A stretch of DNA of 64,000 bases from assembly GCA_041651055.1 (NCBI GenBank), contig JBAZJW010000001.1, forward strand, positions 373,325 to 437,324. Direction: 5' to 3'. Both the position numbers and the translations under genes were made by a program. Source of the stretch: Minisyncoccota bacterium (GTDB lineage Bacteria; Patescibacteriota; Minisyncoccia; Phycocordibacterales; UBA5272). The notes beneath the pieces are model-generated. The model was not told the DNA's origin, did not search any database, and worked only from the letters and a program-made list of their open reading frames with translations. Shown one piece after another: positions 1 through 9,750 of this stretch. Numbering within the stretch: the first letter of the stretch is position 1; each line of letters begins with the position of its first letter.

Positions 1-2058
1 GTTTTGTGTTGTGAGAATCACGCTATCATCACCCTTCACGAACAATGCAGAGAGAAGCTCATCACCATCTTCGAGGCGAATAGCGATCAAACCATTTCGA
101 CGCACATCCTTAAAGCTCTCGGCTGATGACTTCTTAATCGTACCGTTCTTTGTCACCATCATGAGTGATATACCTTCACTTTCTCCACCCTTTGACTGCT
201 TCATATCCTTCGGCATTGGAAGAATACTTGTCACATGTTCACCATCGGTCAATTGAAGGAAGTTCATGATAGATTTTCCACGAGTAGCACGCTTACCTTC
301 TGGAAGGTCATACATCTTGATCTGATACGCCTTTCCTTTATCTGTAAAGAAGAGCATGTCGCTGTGTGTCGAGGTCGTGAGCGACATCGTTACGAAGTCC
401 TCTTCTTTGGTATTCAAATCCACCACCCCTACACCACCACGTTTCTGTGTGCGGAATTCATCTGGGTCAGTACGCTTTACATAACCACCTGAGGTATAAA
501 CGAGCACTTCTTCACGGTCTGGAATCAAATCTTCTGGGTTGAATTCCTTCGCTTTATGTTTCACGATTTTGGTACGACGAGCGTCACCGTATTTTTCTTT
601 GATATCCGTAAGTTCATCTTTAATGATGCTCATCATTTTCTTAACTGACGCAAGAATTATTTGAAGCTCTGCGATAAGCGCTTGTACTGCTTTCAAATCA
701 TCTTCGATTTTCTTTCGTTCAAGACCAGCGAGACGCTGCAACTTCATTTCAAGAATAGCTGTCGCCTGAATATCTGAAAACTTAAACTTCTTCACAAGGG
801 CAGAATGTGCCTCTGGTGTATCTTTCGACGCACGAATAGTCTTGATGATTTCATCGATGTGATCAAGTGCTTTCTTGAGACCAAGCAAGATGTGTTCCTT
901 TTCAAGTGCACGCTTCAAATCAAATTCCGTACGACGACGCACCACTTCTTTACGGTGTCCAATGAATGCTTCGAGTGCGCCTTTGAGTGCGAGTGTCTGA
1001 GGAACACCGTCGACAAGAGCTACCACGTTGTAATGGAATGTACTTTCGAGTTCTGTATGTTTATATAAATAGTTTAAAATCTTCTGTGGTTGTGCACCAG
1101 ATTTCAAATCGATAACAACACGAATGTCTTTTGTCGATTCGTCGCGAAGTCCTTTAATGCCTTCGATTTTCTTTTCACGTACAAGGTCTGCAATATTTTC
1201 AATCAAATTACTTTTAAGAACACGATATGGAATAGATGTGATAATAATTTGGAATTGTCCACTCTTTGTTTCAAAAATTTCCGCTTCACCACGCACCACC
1301 ACACCTCCACGACCTGTCGCATACGCCGCACGAATATCTGATTGACCAAACGCCACACCTCCTAGTGGAAAATCAGGACCCTTCACGAATTCACAGAGAT
1401 CCTCTGTCGTCGCCGTCGGATTATCAATCAAATGCACCGTTGCATCAAGAACTTCAGTGAGGTTATGTGGAGGAATGTTTGTCGCCATACCCACCGCGAT
1501 ACCAAGCGTTCCATTGAGAAGCAAGTTAGGAACAGCCGTTGGAAGCACGTGAGGTTCTTTTTTTGTACTGTCATAGTTAGGAACCATGAGCACCGTATCT
1601 TTTTCAATATCACGAAGCATTTCCATAGACAGCTTAGCCATCTTCGCTTCGGTATAACGCATAGCAGCTGCACCGTCACCGTCAATTGATCCGAAGTTAC
1701 CTTGTCCCATTACGAGTGGATATCGATACGAAAAGTCTTGTGCGGTTTTTGTCATAGCATCATACACAGAAGCATCACCATGAGGGTGATAGTTACCGAG
1801 CACTTCTCCGACAACGGTCGCGGACTTTCGGAACTTGGCCCCTGGTGTGAGGCCCATATTATTCATCGCAAAAAGAATACGACGGTGCACTGGCTTGAGA
1901 CCATCACGTGCGTCTGGAAGTGCACGAGATGTAATAACCGACATCGCATAATCCAAATACGCAGTACGCATTTCTTCTGCGATATTGACCTGCTGATGAG
2001 CACTGTGAGCTCGTGGTTCTACGGGGGATTCTGAAGAAGAAATAGTCTTTTTTGCCAT
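1..2058 (-). CDS. gyrA: DNA gyrase subunit A (3' end runs off the window)
   Basis: Manual translation of the minus strand from ATG at 2058 gives [62 protein letters not shown], the canonical GyrA N-terminus. It is absent from the ORF track because the stop lies outside the window. Confidence 0.96.
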   Translation of the reverse strand, partial: MAKKTISSSESPVEPRAHSAHQQVNIAEEMRTAYLDYAMSVITSRALPDARDGLKPVHRRILFAMNNMGLTPGAKFRKSATVVGEVLGNYHPHGDASVYDAMTKTAQDFSYRYPLVMGQGNFGSIDGDGAAAMRYTEAKMAKLSMEMLRDIEKDTVLMVPNYDSTKKEPHVLPTAVPNLLLNGTLGIAVGMATNIPPHNLTEVLDATVHLIDNPTATTEDLCEFVKGPDFPLGGVAFGQSDIRAAYATGRGGVVVRGEAEIFETKSGQFQIIITSIPYRVLKSNLIENIADLVREKKIEGIKGLRDESTKDIRVVIDLKSGAQPQKILNYLYKHTELESTFHYNVVALVDGVPQTLALKGALEAFIGHRKEVVRRRTEFDLKRALEKEHILLGLKKALDHIDEIIKTIRASKDTPEAHSALVKKFKFSDIQATAILEMKLQRLAGLERKKIEDDLKAVQALIAELQIILASVKKMMSIIKDELTDIKEKYGDARRTKIVKHKAKEFNPEDLIPDREEVLVYTSGGYVKRTDPDEFRTQKRGGVGVVDLNTKEEDFVTMSLTTSTHSDMLFFTDKGKAYQIKMYDLPEGKRATRGKSIMNFLQLTDGEHVTSILPMPKDMKQSKGGESEGISLMMVTKNGTIKKSSAESFKDVRRNGLIAIRLEDGDELLSALFVKGDDSVILTTQN

Positions 2059-2127
2059 AAGAATCAGGTGATAATAATCATTTTAGTATAGCATAAAAGG
2101 GACCGAAAGACCATATGCTTCTACAAA

Positions 2128-2216
2128 AATATTCAATAAAACAATACTCGATAATTAATGAAATACATGAGAATTATGCATCGTTTAAATATTAAATATT
2201 GTTTTATTGAATATTC
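2128..2216. repeat. AT-rich palindromic element (AATATTCAATAAAACAATA ... TATTGTTTTATTGAATATT)
   Basis: 19-bp terminal inverted repeat. Related AATATTCAA-type units occur at ~5348-5390, ~48850-48874 and ~50470-50553. Confidence 0.7.
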
Positions 2217-2234
2217 TTAATTATGGACGTTCTC

Positions 2235-2573
2235 CTATTTTATGTACGTCTCTTTTCCTTCCAAAAGTGAACCGCTTGATTTACCAATAGAATGGAATTG
2301 GTCGTACGCTTCATTCCAAAAACTGGACAAGGCCTCACCTGGAGATTCCATGTTTGAAGGAGTGCTCGTACTTTGTACAACGAGTGCTGAATCATCCCTG
2401 ACATACCTATCATGCCAAAATCCGTAATCCGTATACAAAATAATCCCCGCTATCAGCACAGTGATACTTCCCGAAAAAATAAATGCATACACATGTTGCA
2501 TGTGTTTCGGCTGTCGCCGCAAAAAATCTATATAATATGCAAGACTTGTATATCGTTTAAGATGACGCTTCAT
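2235..2573 (-). CDS. hypothetical membrane protein
   Basis: 112-aa ORF with one hydrophobic segment (VYAFIFSGSITVLIAGIILY), co-oriented with its neighbours. Confidence 0.7.
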   Translation of the reverse strand: MKRHLKRYTSLAYYIDFLRRQPKHMQHVYAFIFSGSITVLIAGIILYTDYGFWHDRYVRDDSALVVQSTSTPSNMESPGEALSSFWNEAYDQFHSIGKSSGSLLEGKETYIK

Positions 2574-2586
2574 GTATCGTTATTCG

Positions 2587-2952
2587 TTAGGACGTTCTTC
2601 GTTCTTCGTTAAATTTCTTAATAAATGCACTCAACATTTTCATAACATCTTCGAGTTTTAATGCAATCATATTAAAATCTTCATCAGCTATATACCCTAA
2701 TTTATGAGCCAACAAAAGTTGTGTTTCTACTTCTGCACCAGACCCATGTGAAATTTTTAAAAACTGAAGAAACTCCTTTTGCCCCCTTTTGCTTCCTTCA
2801 GAAATATTAGAGGGTATAGAAACTGCAGCCCTGCGAATCTGAGATGTTAAACCATATAATTCTTCTTTAGGAAAAGACTTAGTTGACTGATATATATCAA
2901 AACAAACATCAAAAGACTTTTTCCATACATCAAGATCTTTATACGAACTCAT
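2587..2952 (-). CDS. four-helix bundle protein (23S rRNA IVS protein / bAvd-like family)
   Basis: Family motifs YKDLDVWKKS, FPKEELYGLTSQIRRAAVSIPSNISEG and FLKISHGSGAEVETQL. Confidence 0.93.
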   Translation of the reverse strand: MSSYKDLDVWKKSFDVCFDIYQSTKSFPKEELYGLTSQIRRAAVSIPSNISEGSKRGQKEFLQFLKISHGSGAEVETQLLLAHKLGYIADEDFNMIALKLEDVMKMLSAFIKKFNEERRTS

Positions 2953-3014
2953 GATAGCGTTAGTATATCCCCCTAACGAAGAACGACCTAACGAAGAACG
3001 GATTATCTACATTC

Positions 3015-3141
3015 CTCTAGTTCAAAAAATTGTTTTAGCTACGAGAAGCGACAATTTTTTGAAAGAAGGCGTACGCATAGTACGACGACTGCCAAAAATG
3101 CAGTCGCGACAAAGCAGATGAAGCAATTTTTTGAACTAGAG
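3015..3141. mobile_element. ERIC/RPE-like palindromic element, copy 1
   Basis: 18-bp terminal inverted repeat CTCTAGTTCAAAAAATTG/CAATTTTTTGAACTAGAG with central GGCGTAC-N-AGTACG. Homologous to 13751, 29524 and 59388. Confidence 0.75.
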
Positions 3142-3771
3142 TTCGTGGAAGAGAACAATTTCACCAAGCTTCCCATCAATATCCTTCTTCTTAATCGTAA
3201 GCTTCTCCACTGGTTCCACTTTTTCGGACCCCGCTTCTTTCAAAAAGACTGGAAGTGATTGTTCATCATAGTCCATCGGAATAATAAGCTTCGGTTCGAG
3301 TGCGACAGCGAGCTTCTGCGCGTCGTACGCATTAAGAAGGAATCCATCATGTCCAACTGGAACAAAAAGAAGATCTGTCTCATCGATGATTTCTTTGTGC
3401 TCGGAAGCGAGTGCTTGTGAGAGCGCTCCTAAGAACGTAATACGAATACCGTCTAAGGTAAGTACATAACTTGTATTCTGATATTCCTTTTCTTTTTTGC
3501 CGTCCATCAACTTGGTAGTCGTACCGAATCCTTTAATGAAAATATCCTTCACTTCATACTCTCCTGCACCACGAATAACGAAAGGAACTTTTTCTCCATG
3601 CTCTGTCTGTTCAGCGCCGTTGTAATCTGGGTGGTTCGTCGTAATGAGCGTAATATCCGCTCCATATTTGGCAACTTTCCCCTTCCCTTCTTTTGATACT
3701 GGGTTTATAGCCACGACCAAATCCCCGACTGTTAATTTGAAATGCTCTCGTCCGAAATAAGTGATAATCAT
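3136..3771 (-). CDS. MBL-fold metallo-hydrolase-like protein (degenerate metal motif)
   Basis: MIITYFG..F start, GAGEYEVKDIFIKG, and LEPKLIIPMDY. The HxHxDH motif appears as TNHPDY. Start moved to ATG 3771, just after TGGTAGACT. Confidence 0.8.
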   Translation of the reverse strand: MIITYFGREHFKLTVGDLVVAINPVSKEGKGKVAKYGADITLITTNHPDYNGAEQTEHGEKVPFVIRGAGEYEVKDIFIKGFGTTTKLMDGKKEKEYQNTSYVLTLDGIRITFLGALSQALASEHKEIIDETDLLFVPVGHDGFLLNAYDAQKLAVALEPKLIIPMDYDEQSLPVFLKEAGSEKVEPVEKLTIKKKDIDGKLGEIVLFHEL

Positions 3772-3851
3772 AGATCGCAGTCTACCAAAATTAGTCAAAA
3801 GAAAAAAGCCCACTTGCGCGGGCTTTATTGAACACTGACGAGGTGCAGGTG

Positions 3852-4181
3852 TCAGTGTTTCGCAAAGCAGGATGTCACCTGCTTTGTAACCCGATAGGTC
3901 TCGCGACCATATCGGCCTCTCCGATCAACGGACAGTTTGACAGCCTTCCCTGTCGTTGCAACGCATTCCTGGTTGTTAGCGTGGTAGAAACGGACACCCT
4001 TGATGGTTGCATAGTTTGACTCGCAACCGTCTGAGGTGAAACCGTTAACCACACCACCCTTTTCCTCCACCCACAAACAAGCGTTAGTGAAGTGAAGATT
4101 TGCCGGAGCTTGGAAGTACCAGGCATTAGCACTCGATGCCGCAACAACGAGAACCATCACAAGTGAATTTTTCAGCTTCAT
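3852..4181 (-). CDS. orphan secreted protein
   Basis: Signal-peptide-like MKLKNSLVMVLVVAASSANA, four Cys, GGGGG upstream of the ATG, and a hairpin AAAGCCCACTTGCGCGGGCTTT downstream. Confidence 0.6.
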   Translation of the reverse strand: MKLKNSLVMVLVVAASSANAWYFQAPANLHFTNACLWVEEKGGVVNGFTSDGCESNYATIKGVRFYHANNQECVATTGKAVKLSVDRRGRYGRETYRVTKQVTSCFAKH

Positions 4182-4192
4182 GATAGCCCCCA

Positions 4193-4528
4193 TTAGCGAC
4201 GAGGTGTCGCAATGACCTCGTAGAAGCTCCCCGTCTCCGTCTTGCAACGAAAGACCTTGAAGAGCGACGCGTCGAGAGTGTTCACAACCTCAGTCACAGT
4301 GGAAGTGTATTTCCCACCACCGAGGTACAACGTATCTCCGACGGTGACACCAGGGAAATCGTTGATTTGTGCCGTGAGAACCCCCAAGCTATGCGCTTGG
4401 GTACTCGGATGGTAGGTCCGAGAGATCACGGCCGTCATACCTTTGGCGTGACGGTGTACTGGGTTTTTAACGATGCCCCTCGCATCGGGCAACACTTCCA
4501 GTGTTGCCATACGGTTACCGAAGACCAT
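4193..4528 (-). CDS. orphan protein with SD and sigma70 promoter
   Basis: Upstream TTGACT-17-TATATT and AACTAGGAGCACCAAAATG. Confidence 0.6.
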   Translation of the reverse strand: MVFGNRMATLEVLPDARGIVKNPVHRHAKGMTAVISRTYHPSTQAHSLGVLTAQINDFPGVTVGDTLYLGGGKYTSTVTEVVNTLDASLFKVFRCKTETGSFYEVIATPRR

Positions 4529-4774
4529 TTTGGTGCTCCTAGTTGGTTATGGACCCAAGAAATTTGGGACCAAAAATAATATATCACAAATAAACTGAAA
4601 AGTCAAGTTTAAGATAGCATTGTTGGTCAAAAATACCTGGCGTACATTACGCCGGCGGCTTTTTTATTTGTATATCCATCTCTCAATAACTTGACATTTA
4701 CACTTTATATGATAGTGTAATAAACGAACATTACACGGGCGTGTGATGAATATATTGAAAAAAGGAAAAAGGAA

Positions 4775-5035
4775 ATGACAAAAACAACAGCATGGGAAAC
4801 CTTCACCTGGGCGATCGTGAGCGTCGCGATAGCCTACCTAGCTCTAGCTCTGGGAAGCACGATCACCCCAGACAAGGAACCTGTCCTCAAACTGATTGCA
4901 GGCCTCCTCGGATTGGCGGCCAGCGGAGCCGTCTGCTCCTACATCGTCAAGATGTTCGCCAGTGCCATTCGTGGTACACAGAAAAAGGAGCGCTCGAAAG
5001 ACGACCCCTCGATGCATGGCTGGGGGCCATATTGA
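4775..5035 (+). CDS. orphan two-TM membrane protein
   Basis: Two hydrophobic segments, TTGACA at ~4691, and AAAGGAAAAAGGAA before the ATG. Confidence 0.6.
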   Translation: MTKTTAWETFTWAIVSVAIAYLALALGSTITPDKEPVLKLIAGLLGLAASGAVCSYIVKMFASAIRGTQKKERSKDDPSMHGWGPY

Positions 5036-5061
5036 AACCAAAACCAACAAAGGAGACCGCC

Positions 5062-5262
5062 ATGAAGGCGTTCAAAGCTATTTTCCAGATCGGAATTAAC
5101 GGACTTTTTGTCTTTCTCTTCTACAAATGGGTGATAGAGCCTTTATGGCAATTCTCGCCACGGCTGACCGTTCTTTTTGCGCTTGCAACACTCTTCGTAT
5201 TCTTGCTTGCAACGAAAGAAGACGAAAGTCCTCACAACGACAACGCGCGGGCCGGACAGTAA
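5062..5262 (+). CDS. orphan small two-TM protein (MKAFKAIFQIG...)
   Basis: AACAAAGGAGACCGCC-ATG at 5062, in frame with the 4792 ORF; hairpin and U-tract follow. Confidence 0.65.
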   Translation: MKAFKAIFQIGINGLFVFLFYKWVIEPLWQFSPRLTVLFALATLFVFLLATKEDESPHNDNARAGQ

Positions 5263-5459
5263 GCCTTTGTGCTTCGCCCCCCTATTAACCGCCTAGCGCA
5301 TCACGCCGGCGGTTTTCTTATTTTTGTATTACTTTGTATTCATACTGTTATTCAAATTGAATATTGAATATTTGATTCATTAAATATTTTTGACCCCTAA
5401 CCCCTAACTGTTGACTCCTAACTGTATTTAAAGTAGTATTACTCCCATCTATTAATAGA

Positions 5460-5560
5460 TAATCGTTCTGGCGTAATCCCCGACTTGTGTGTAGTAAACA
5501 ACAAGACGGAGCCCAGACCGCAAGGTTAGCCGCCTTTCGTGGGCGGCCATTTTTTTACCC
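5460..5560 (+). promoter_or_regulatory. structured 5' leader of rpsA (candidate r-leader)
   Basis: GC-rich multi-hairpin segment (CTTGT..ACAAG; ACCGCAAGGT; GCCGCCTTTCGTGGGCGGC) between a promoter-like TTGACT region and the rpsA ATG. Confidence 0.4.
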
Positions 5561-5566
5561 AACTAT

Positions 5567-6649
5567 ATGACAACAAGTACAGAACAAGTAGTGGCACCGT
5601 TTGCTGTAGGTGCAGTATTCTTTAAGGAAGAAGATATTGTAGAAGGTATCGTCGTTGCTATTGAAAAGGCAGCGCTCTACGTCGACCTCGGTACATCAGG
5701 AACAGGTATCATTTATGGTATCGAATTCATGAATGCGCGAGACGTTATCAAGCGTATTAGTATCGGAGATACTATTTCAGCGAAGATTGTTCTTCGTGAA
5801 AATCCTGAAGGCTACGTAGAACTTTCTCTCAAGGAAGCTCGTCAGGCTCTTATGTGGAATGACGCAGAACAGGCCATCAAAGAGAAGCGTGTTATGGATC
5901 TCGTTGTTAAGGATGCAAACAAGGGTGGACTTATTATCGAATGGCAAGGTATGGCAGGATTCCTTCCAGCGTCACAGCTTAAGGAAGAAAACTATCCTCG
6001 TATCGAAGATGGCGATAAGGACAAAATCCTACGCGAACTTAAGAAGCTTATCGGTAAGCGTGTATCAGTAAGTATTATTTCTGCAATTCCAAAGGAAGGT
6101 AAACTTATCTTCTCAGAAAAAGATGGAGGATCATCAAAGGAAACCAAGGAAGTTGCTATGGGCAATTACCTCGTTGGTGATGAAGTAGAAGGTACAGTAA
6201 CTGGTGTCGTCGAATTCGGTATCTTCGTTAAATTAGAAGACGGTGTCGAAGGTCTCGTTCACAAGAGTGAAATTGACTGGGGGCTTGTTGAAGACACTAA
6301 GGCTCACGCTCGTGTCGGAGAAAAAGTTCGTGCCAAGATCATCGAAGTGAAGGATGGAAAGATTTCACTTTCACTCAAAGCTCTCAAGGAAAATCCTTGG
6401 AAGGAAGCTGCAAAGAAGTACAAGAAAGGAGATGAGGTCGCTGGTGTTGTGATTAAGTTCAACAAGCACGGAGCACTCGTATCTATTGAAGAAGGTGTAG
6501 CAGGACTTGTACATGTATCTGATTTCGGAGACGAAGCAGCACTACGTGCAACACTTTCACTTGGAAAGAGTTACAAGTTTTCAATCACCCTCTTTGATGC
6601 AAATGAAGAGAGAATGACGCTTACATACGGAGAAGTGAAGAAGGCGTAA
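5567..6649 (+). CDS. rpsA: 30S ribosomal protein S1 (four S1 domains)
   Basis: Repeated S1 motifs (GFLPASQL, FGIFVKLEDGVEGLVHKSEI, GLVHVSDF). Confidence 0.92.
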   Translation: MTTSTEQVVAPFAVGAVFFKEEDIVEGIVVAIEKAALYVDLGTSGTGIIYGIEFMNARDVIKRISIGDTISAKIVLRENPEGYVELSLKEARQALMWNDAEQAIKEKRVMDLVVKDANKGGLIIEWQGMAGFLPASQLKEENYPRIEDGDKDKILRELKKLIGKRVSVSIISAIPKEGKLIFSEKDGGSSKETKEVAMGNYLVGDEVEGTVTGVVEFGIFVKLEDGVEGLVHKSEIDWGLVEDTKAHARVGEKVRAKIIEVKDGKISLSLKALKENPWKEAAKKYKKGDEVAGVVIKFNKHGALVSIEEGVAGLVHVSDFGDEAALRATLSLGKSYKFSITLFDANEERMTLTYGEVKKA

Positions 6650-6703
6650 AGATAGAAGCTCGAAGCTTAAGACTGGAAGCTGGAAGAGAAACACAACACA
6701 GAA

Positions 6704-6730
6704 AAAGCGGCGCCTACGGCGCCGCTCTTC
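6704..6730. terminator. GC-rich hairpin between convergent rpsA and pth
   Basis: AGCGGCGCC-TAC-GGCGCCGCT; the same family occurs at ~9670, ~17354 and ~57638. Confidence 0.6.
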
Positions 6731-6760
6731 CTTTTTACTTCCAGCTTCCCTCTTCCAGCT

Positions 6761-6844
6761 GTTAGCTGTTAGCTGTTAGCTGTTAGCTGTTAGCTGTTAG
6801 CTGTTAGCTGTTAGCTGTTAGCTGTTAGCTGTTAGCTGTTAGCT
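6761..6844. repeat. perfect heptamer tandem repeat (GTTAGCT)x12
   Basis: 12 exact copies. It overlaps the pth 3' end and supplies its stop codon. Confidence 0.97.
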
Positions 6845-7376
6845 GTCCATTATATCTCTCCATCGCTTTCTGATATCCATCACTCGCGATAGTTTGCAGT
6901 GCACCTAATACACGAGAAGCAATTTCACGAAGTGATGTCTCCTCATCATCCCTAATCTTTCCCATGACATAATCCTGCACATCAGAACCTGATGGTGCGA
7001 GCACGACTTTACCATCGACATCATGTGGAGCAATACCGATACGAATACGAATAAAATCTTTTTTACCAAGAGACTCAATAATGTTTTTTACACCATTATG
7101 TCCACCATCTCCTCTATCAAATGAAATTCTAAATGTTCCAAACGCTAGATCTTTGTCATCATAAATAACAACAAGCTCGCGACCTTCGTGATAGCGTAAG
7201 TATTCACTCACCGCTTTGCCGCTTTCATTCATAAATGTTTCTGGTACGAATATTTCGTAGTCACTCATATGAGCAATGTCGCTTTCTATAGTCGCAAGCA
7301 TCACACGCGCAGCATTGTGACGTGTGCGCGCATACTTTTCACCAGGGTTGCCGAGCGGAACGAGTGTATAAATCAT
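6825..7376 (-). CDS. pth: peptidyl-tRNA hydrolase
   Basis: LGNPGEKYARTRHNA, TFMNESG, GGHNGVKNI and RIRIGI. Confidence 0.96.
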   Translation of the reverse strand: MIYTLVPLGNPGEKYARTRHNAARVMLATIESDIAHMSDYEIFVPETFMNESGKAVSEYLRYHEGRELVVIYDDKDLAFGTFRISFDRGDGGHNGVKNIIESLGKKDFIRIRIGIAPHDVDGKVVLAPSGSDVQDYVMGKIRDDEETSLREIASRVLGALQTIASDGYQKAMERYNGQLTANS

Positions 7377-7470
7377 ACTCGCAGTCTAGCATTAGCTAGA
7401 CTGCGAGTAAATTTTTAATTTTTAGTTCTTAATTTTTAATGAAACACGTAATGCAGGTATCGGTATTTAC

Positions 7471-7500
7471 CTAAAAACTAAAAACTGGAAACTAAAAACT
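7471..7500 (+). repeat. AAAACTAAAAACTGGAAACTAAAAACT dispersed 7-periodic repeat
   Basis: Near-identical copies at 17387-17413 and 18769-18798 (+), and at 21567-21591, 29175-29204 and 50335-50361 (-). Confidence 0.9.
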
Positions 7501-7523
7501 ATTCATGTGTTGCATAGCAACAC

Positions 7524-8276
7524 ATGAATCTATATACTGACCCCATAATGATTTCTTCTCTTGAACAAACACTGCTCGGTTCGCTCTCTGATGTTCTACA
7601 GAATCCTGTGTCGATGGTTATCTTTGGACTTCTTTCACTACTCATTATCGCTCTTATTTTTGCGAGCGTTTTTCCAACATGGAGACAAGGTCTCGTTGCC
7701 ATTAAAGTGCTCGAAAAAGAAGAAAAACCATCGTCACTCCTTCTTTGGATTATAGGAATAATTATTCTCGTAAAATGTATTCAAGGGTTTCTCATTCAAC
7801 CATTCATTGTCGATGGAGGATCCATGCTTCCAACGTATCATGATAAAGAGTTCCTCCTCGTCGATAAATTTTCATACATTTTTGGAGAACCAAAACGTGG
7901 AGAAGTTATGATTTTCAAACTCTACGAAAGCGACACCAATCCGTATCAAGGGAAACATCTCATCAAACGCGTCATTGGATTACCTGGTGAACGAATCGTT
8001 GTACAAAGTGGTGTGACCACCATTTACAACAAAGAGAACCCTAACGGATTTATTCTTGAAGAACCATACGTATCATACAAAGATTTACAAAAAGATACAG
8101 ATATTACCTTAGATGATCACCATTATTTTATGATGGGAGACAATCGCGCACAGAGTTATGACAGTAGATCGTGGGGAGCGCTCGATGCGAAAGATATCAA
8201 AGGTCAAGTGTTGTTCCGTGTGTATCCGTTCTCTACGGCTGCGTACGAGCCAGGAAGGTTTCTTTATACAAAATAG
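7524..8276 (+). CDS. lepB: signal peptidase I
   Basis: GGSMLPT (catalytic Ser), LIKRVIGLPGE (catalytic Lys) and MGDNRAQSYDSR; start position uncertain. Confidence 0.94.
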   Translation: MNLYTDPIMISSLEQTLLGSLSDVLQNPVSMVIFGLLSLLIIALIFASVFPTWRQGLVAIKVLEKEEKPSSLLLWIIGIIILVKCIQGFLIQPFIVDGGSMLPTYHDKEFLLVDKFSYIFGEPKRGEVMIFKLYESDTNPYQGKHLIKRVIGLPGERIVVQSGVTTIYNKENPNGFILEEPYVSYKDLQKDTDITLDDHHYFMMGDNRAQSYDSRSWGALDAKDIKGQVLFRVYPFSTAAYEPGRFLYTK

Positions 8277-8304
8277 TATTCGTAATTAATAACCGCCACA
8301 CTGT

Positions 8305-9639
8305 ATGAATGATGAAGTAAAAAAAGAAATAGCAAAAAGTGAGACGAAAGAAATAAAAAAAGAAACGCCTGTTTCTTTGAAAGGAATGGATGATCTTTTC
8401 GATGAAGACTACTACGCCTTCCAAGGTCTCTTTGAAAAGGCCCAAGAGGTCGCGGTGTACTATGGGTTCAAACCAATAGAAACCCCTCTTCTTGAGCAAG
8501 AAGAGGTCTTCGTTTCAGCTATCGGCGAAGGAACAGATATCATCGATAAAGAAATGTACACCTTCAAGACAAAAGGAGGTGAGCGTCTTGCTATTCGTCC
8601 AGAATATACCGCCGCTGTTATGCGCGCATACCTCGAGCACGGCATGCAAAATCTTTCACAGCCGATTCTCCTCTATTCATACGGACAAACCTTTCGCCAC
8701 GACAAGCCACAGCGCGGAAGATGGCGTCAGTTCAGACAATTCAACTTGGAAATTTTGGGTACAACAAAATCAATCGCTGATGCGCTGATTATTCGTACGC
8801 TCATGACTATTCTCGAAGAGTATGGATTCAAAGATCTCGTTATTGATATCAATTCAATGGGAGACAAAGAAACCCGTCCAGCGTTTATCAAAGAGCTCAC
8901 CAATTACTACAAGAAGCATCTCGAGACATTGTGTAAGGACTGTAATGAACGCATCAAAAATAATCCTCTTCGTCTACTCGACTGCAAGCAGCCACAGTGT
9001 CAGCCATTCAAAGAAAATGCACCATCATCGATTTCGTATCTTTCCAACGATGCTCGTAGTCACTTCAAGGAAGTGCTTCAGTACCTCGAAGAAATGGGTA
9101 TTCCGTATCGCGTAAATAATTCTCTTGTTCGTGGACAGAGCTATTACACACGCACAGTCTTTGAAGTTATCAAAGTTGACGTTGGTGAAGATGGAAAAGA
9201 AAAAGAAATCACTATCACAGGAGGAGGAAGATATGACAATCTCGCAAAGATGATGGGAAGCAAAAAGGATGTCCCTGCTGTCGGAACAGGTCTCAGTATG
9301 GAGCGTATTCGTATGTTCCCAGAATGTAAAGCCATCGCGCCGCGCATCATGAAGCCACCGAAAGTATATTTCATTCAGCTTGGGTTCGAAGCGAAGCTAA
9401 AGAGTCTCTGCATTATGGAAGTACTCCGCAAAGCTCGTATTCCAGTACACCAGTCGATCTCAAAAGACTCACTTGGTGCACAGTTAGCTAGTGCTGAAAA
9501 AATGGAAGTGCCTTACTGTATTATTTTCGGACAAAAAGAAGCAATGGATAATACGGTGATTGTGCGCAACATGTCAGTGCACTCACAAGATACCGTGAAG
9601 ATTGATGCTTTGAGTGATTATATTAAACACTTGAAATAG
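8305..9639 (+). CDS. hisS: histidine--tRNA ligase
   Basis: KEMYTF, RPEYTA, FRHDKPQRGRWRQF, LVRGQSYYT and GGGRYDNL. Confidence 0.97.
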   Translation: MNDEVKKEIAKSETKEIKKETPVSLKGMDDLFDEDYYAFQGLFEKAQEVAVYYGFKPIETPLLEQEEVFVSAIGEGTDIIDKEMYTFKTKGGERLAIRPEYTAAVMRAYLEHGMQNLSQPILLYSYGQTFRHDKPQRGRWRQFRQFNLEILGTTKSIADALIIRTLMTILEEYGFKDLVIDINSMGDKETRPAFIKELTNYYKKHLETLCKDCNERIKNNPLRLLDCKQPQCQPFKENAPSSISYLSNDARSHFKEVLQYLEEMGIPYRVNNSLVRGQSYYTRTVFEVIKVDVGEDGKEKEITITGGGRYDNLAKMMGSKKDVPAVGTGLSMERIRMFPECKAIAPRIMKPPKVYFIQLGFEAKLKSLCIMEVLRKARIPVHQSISKDSLGAQLASAEKMEVPYCIIFGQKEAMDNTVIVRNMSVHSQDTVKIDALSDYIKHLK

Positions 9640-9750
9640 TCGGTGGTCTATGGCTAATAGACAAATACGAGCGGCGCCGAAGGCGCCGCTCGTATTTACT
9701 TTATACCCAAAGGTGATAGTATCTCAGTAAACCAACCAAAGGAGACCATC

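Noticed and set aside
11-2034. Plus-strand ORFs over gyrA and other short antisense or alternate-frame ORFs (e.g. 9724-10296, 12580-13178, 59461-59955, 63275-63700)
   Set aside because: They are shadows of better-supported genes, with no recognisable motifs or initiation signals.
2587-2952. Diversity-generating retroelement suggested by the Avd-like protein
   Set aside because: No reverse transcriptase and no TR/VR pair with adenine-specific mismatches was seen in the window.
6761-6844. CRISPR array at the tandem repeats (also 14967-15022)
   Set aside because: These are spacer-less 7-mers; there are no 25-45 nt repeats with unique spacers and no cas genes.
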